NCBI RefSeq assembly: GCF_004010195.1
Contig: NC_057716.1
Span: forward strand, 47,039,867 to 47,103,866
Reading direction: 5' to 3'
Source: Chiloscyllium plagiosum
Taxonomy: Eukaryota
DNA: 64,000 bases
This document shows, one piece after another, positions 62,048 through 64,000 of this stretch. Positions within the stretch are counted from its first letter, which is position 1, and each line of letters starts with the position of its first letter. The translations under genes and the position numbers were made by a program. Below the pieces are notes generated by a model. It had not been told where the DNA came from. It searched no databases and worked only from the letters and a program-made list of their open reading frames with translations.

Positions 62048-64000
62048 GTATGTTTCACAGTCTGTTGTCAGCTGTACACAGTTCCACACTGTTGAATTCA
62101 GATTGATATCATCGACTTTTAAGTTTGTCATGGCAGTGGTTAGCTAGTCATTATAGATGGGGTTTTGTTCGTGTTAACTTTAATTATTTGTGAGCTGTTG
62201 AACAGTGAAAGTGGGGTGCATTGATTGAGGCAGGTAGCAATTGATTCTGCCTATTACATAGTATGAATTTCTTCATCCTGCAGAATCTATCTTCCCTCCT
62301 CCTGTGGTCAGAGATAAGGCACCTCAGTATTGTGCTTGCTTAATCTGTGTGACTGGGTTTGTCGCCAGTGAAATTGATGTTGCTTTTCATTTGGTATTTG
62401 CTAAGTTTGTTTGGGTTGTCCGTGGCCTCTTCTCTTGCTTGAGTAACATGAAGTTTTTAAGCAATGTATTATGTAATCTGTTGTTAGTATGTAAAGTGAT
62501 TTCTTTTCAGCCATATTCATGAATGTACTTTGAATTTCTAATTTTTAATGCTGATCTCTTGCAGGTTAATGTTTGTAGCACACAATTGAGCTTTGTGACA
62601 TTTTAGTTCTGAATGTTAACAGTATACAATACAAAATTGTTTTTTTTCTCTATTTGATTATTGTCTCAATTTGTTTGCAAAATTTGAAATATACAGATTA
62701 AAATTTAACGAAGACTGGCAATTTGACCTAAGTTGTTTACCTAGGTAGTTGAATTTATATACGTGATTGACTACATTAAATTATTTGAGTATATGGCAGC
62801 TGTTAGATTGTTACAAATTTTCTACTTTGAAACTTGCATTGTAATCATGAGTTGCTCTCTGCTTAATGATGCAGCTTGCAAAAGTAAAGATTCCAAATTA
62901 CTTGGCAAGCTGTTCTACTCTCACTAAATGTGAACATAAAAGCTCGATGACGCTTGTTATAAATTGTGATGTTGGGAACTCTATAAAGTGAATTGTGATT
63001 CGGACTTCTTCCTGGTTTTATATCTGATATGATAGTGATTAAAAATTTCTTATCCGTTAGAAGTATTTATTTGTGAATTTTTTATTTCTGAAATGAAGCC
63101 CCAATTTGTATTAGAAAGAGTCCTTCACAATTATCGTGCACTTCATAATTGTGCTGTGGAAAAAAGGATTGACATCTGTTTAATTGTTATTTATTTCTCA
63201 AAAGCTGAAATTTAGTTTTCAGCCCATTAGAGGCTAATGATATGGACAGCAGCTGATGTTAACAGAGCACATTCTTTTCATGAGAAGAAAAACAAAATGC
63301 TAAATTTCTTTGGATGTTCCATGCACACACCTTTTAAAGGAAATGGCGTTGAAAGGGAATTAGTTGAAGGGCAAGAACAGGAGAATGCCATTCAGTTCCT
63401 TGAGCTATTTCTGCCTGTTTGATTTGCCACAGTTTTACCAAATCAGGAGTGCAAAATTTTTAAAGCATTAAAGATGACTTTGGTAATTTAATTATATACT
63501 GTGATATTAAGTTAGTATTTATCTCTAGTTTAATGTAAAAACTTGTATTTAAATTACATTTTGAGTAACCACATATTTTGTGGTAAGAAAATATAATTTT
63601 TACATGAAGAAGTTAATTTATTTAACTATAGTAATCTTTCACTCTCCCCAGGATGTTTGAAGTGCAATGTAATATTGACTCTGTTGTCCATTTATTGTAT
63701 ATATGCTGATTGAAAAGTCAAGTTAGATGGTGAGAAATGAGTTACCTTGGAGATGCATGGTAGCATGCAGTGAACAAAGTTTGTTTTTTTGTTTGAGACA
63801 ATTCTGAGTAGGATCATAATGTTAAAGCATATAGCTATAAGGTGGTAAAAGTACTGTATATTAGTTTTTTCTGAAATCTTGAAGGTCTGATACAATGTAG
63901 CTGCTGTTTGGAGCTGTAACTTTGTGTCTGGTGACTAAAATCCAATGCAAATAGTAATTTTCTGTTCAACCGAATAATAATAGATAAAAAGCTCCCATAT

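Noticed and set aside
1-64000. Most 60-130 aa ORFs in the six-frame track as genes
   Set aside because: They are antisense or out-of-frame readings of TE debris or AT-rich intron, with no recognisable host protein apart from the OLA1 exons.
1-64000. CRISPR array, rRNA or bona fide tRNA genes
   Set aside because: No regularly spaced repeat-spacer array or rRNA sequence was seen; tRNA-like segments are SINE heads.

Overview
Eukaryotic, AT-rich and repeat-dense DNA. The repeat repertoire (HE1/V-SINEs, HER1/CR1 LINEs, Penelope, Rex-Babar) points to a cartilaginous fish (shark); this is an inference. The only host coding sequence I can support is two consecutive + strand exons of OLA1 (57110-57250 and 61951-62047), so positions 1-57109 appear to be one very large intron. 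Most ORFs in the track are transposon debris or spurious. The window holds many decayed CR1 LINEs, an internally deleted L1-type LINE, three V-SINEs, two to three solo LTRs, a Rex-Babar fragment and TE-free blocks that may be conserved non-coding elements. The most striking signal is a set of 11 Penelope-like (PLE) insertions from about five families. Most are head-to-head fold-backs with an unpaired 35-43 nt 3' tail and 9-14 bp target-site duplications (TSDs), and most carry minimal hammerhead ribozymes (HHRs). Junctions cluster in the ribozyme, and one primary copy begins exactly at the predicted cleavage site. Two identical intact ribozymes lie in sense orientation in the same OLA1 intron. 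All coordinates were counted by eye; ends of decayed repeats are approximate.
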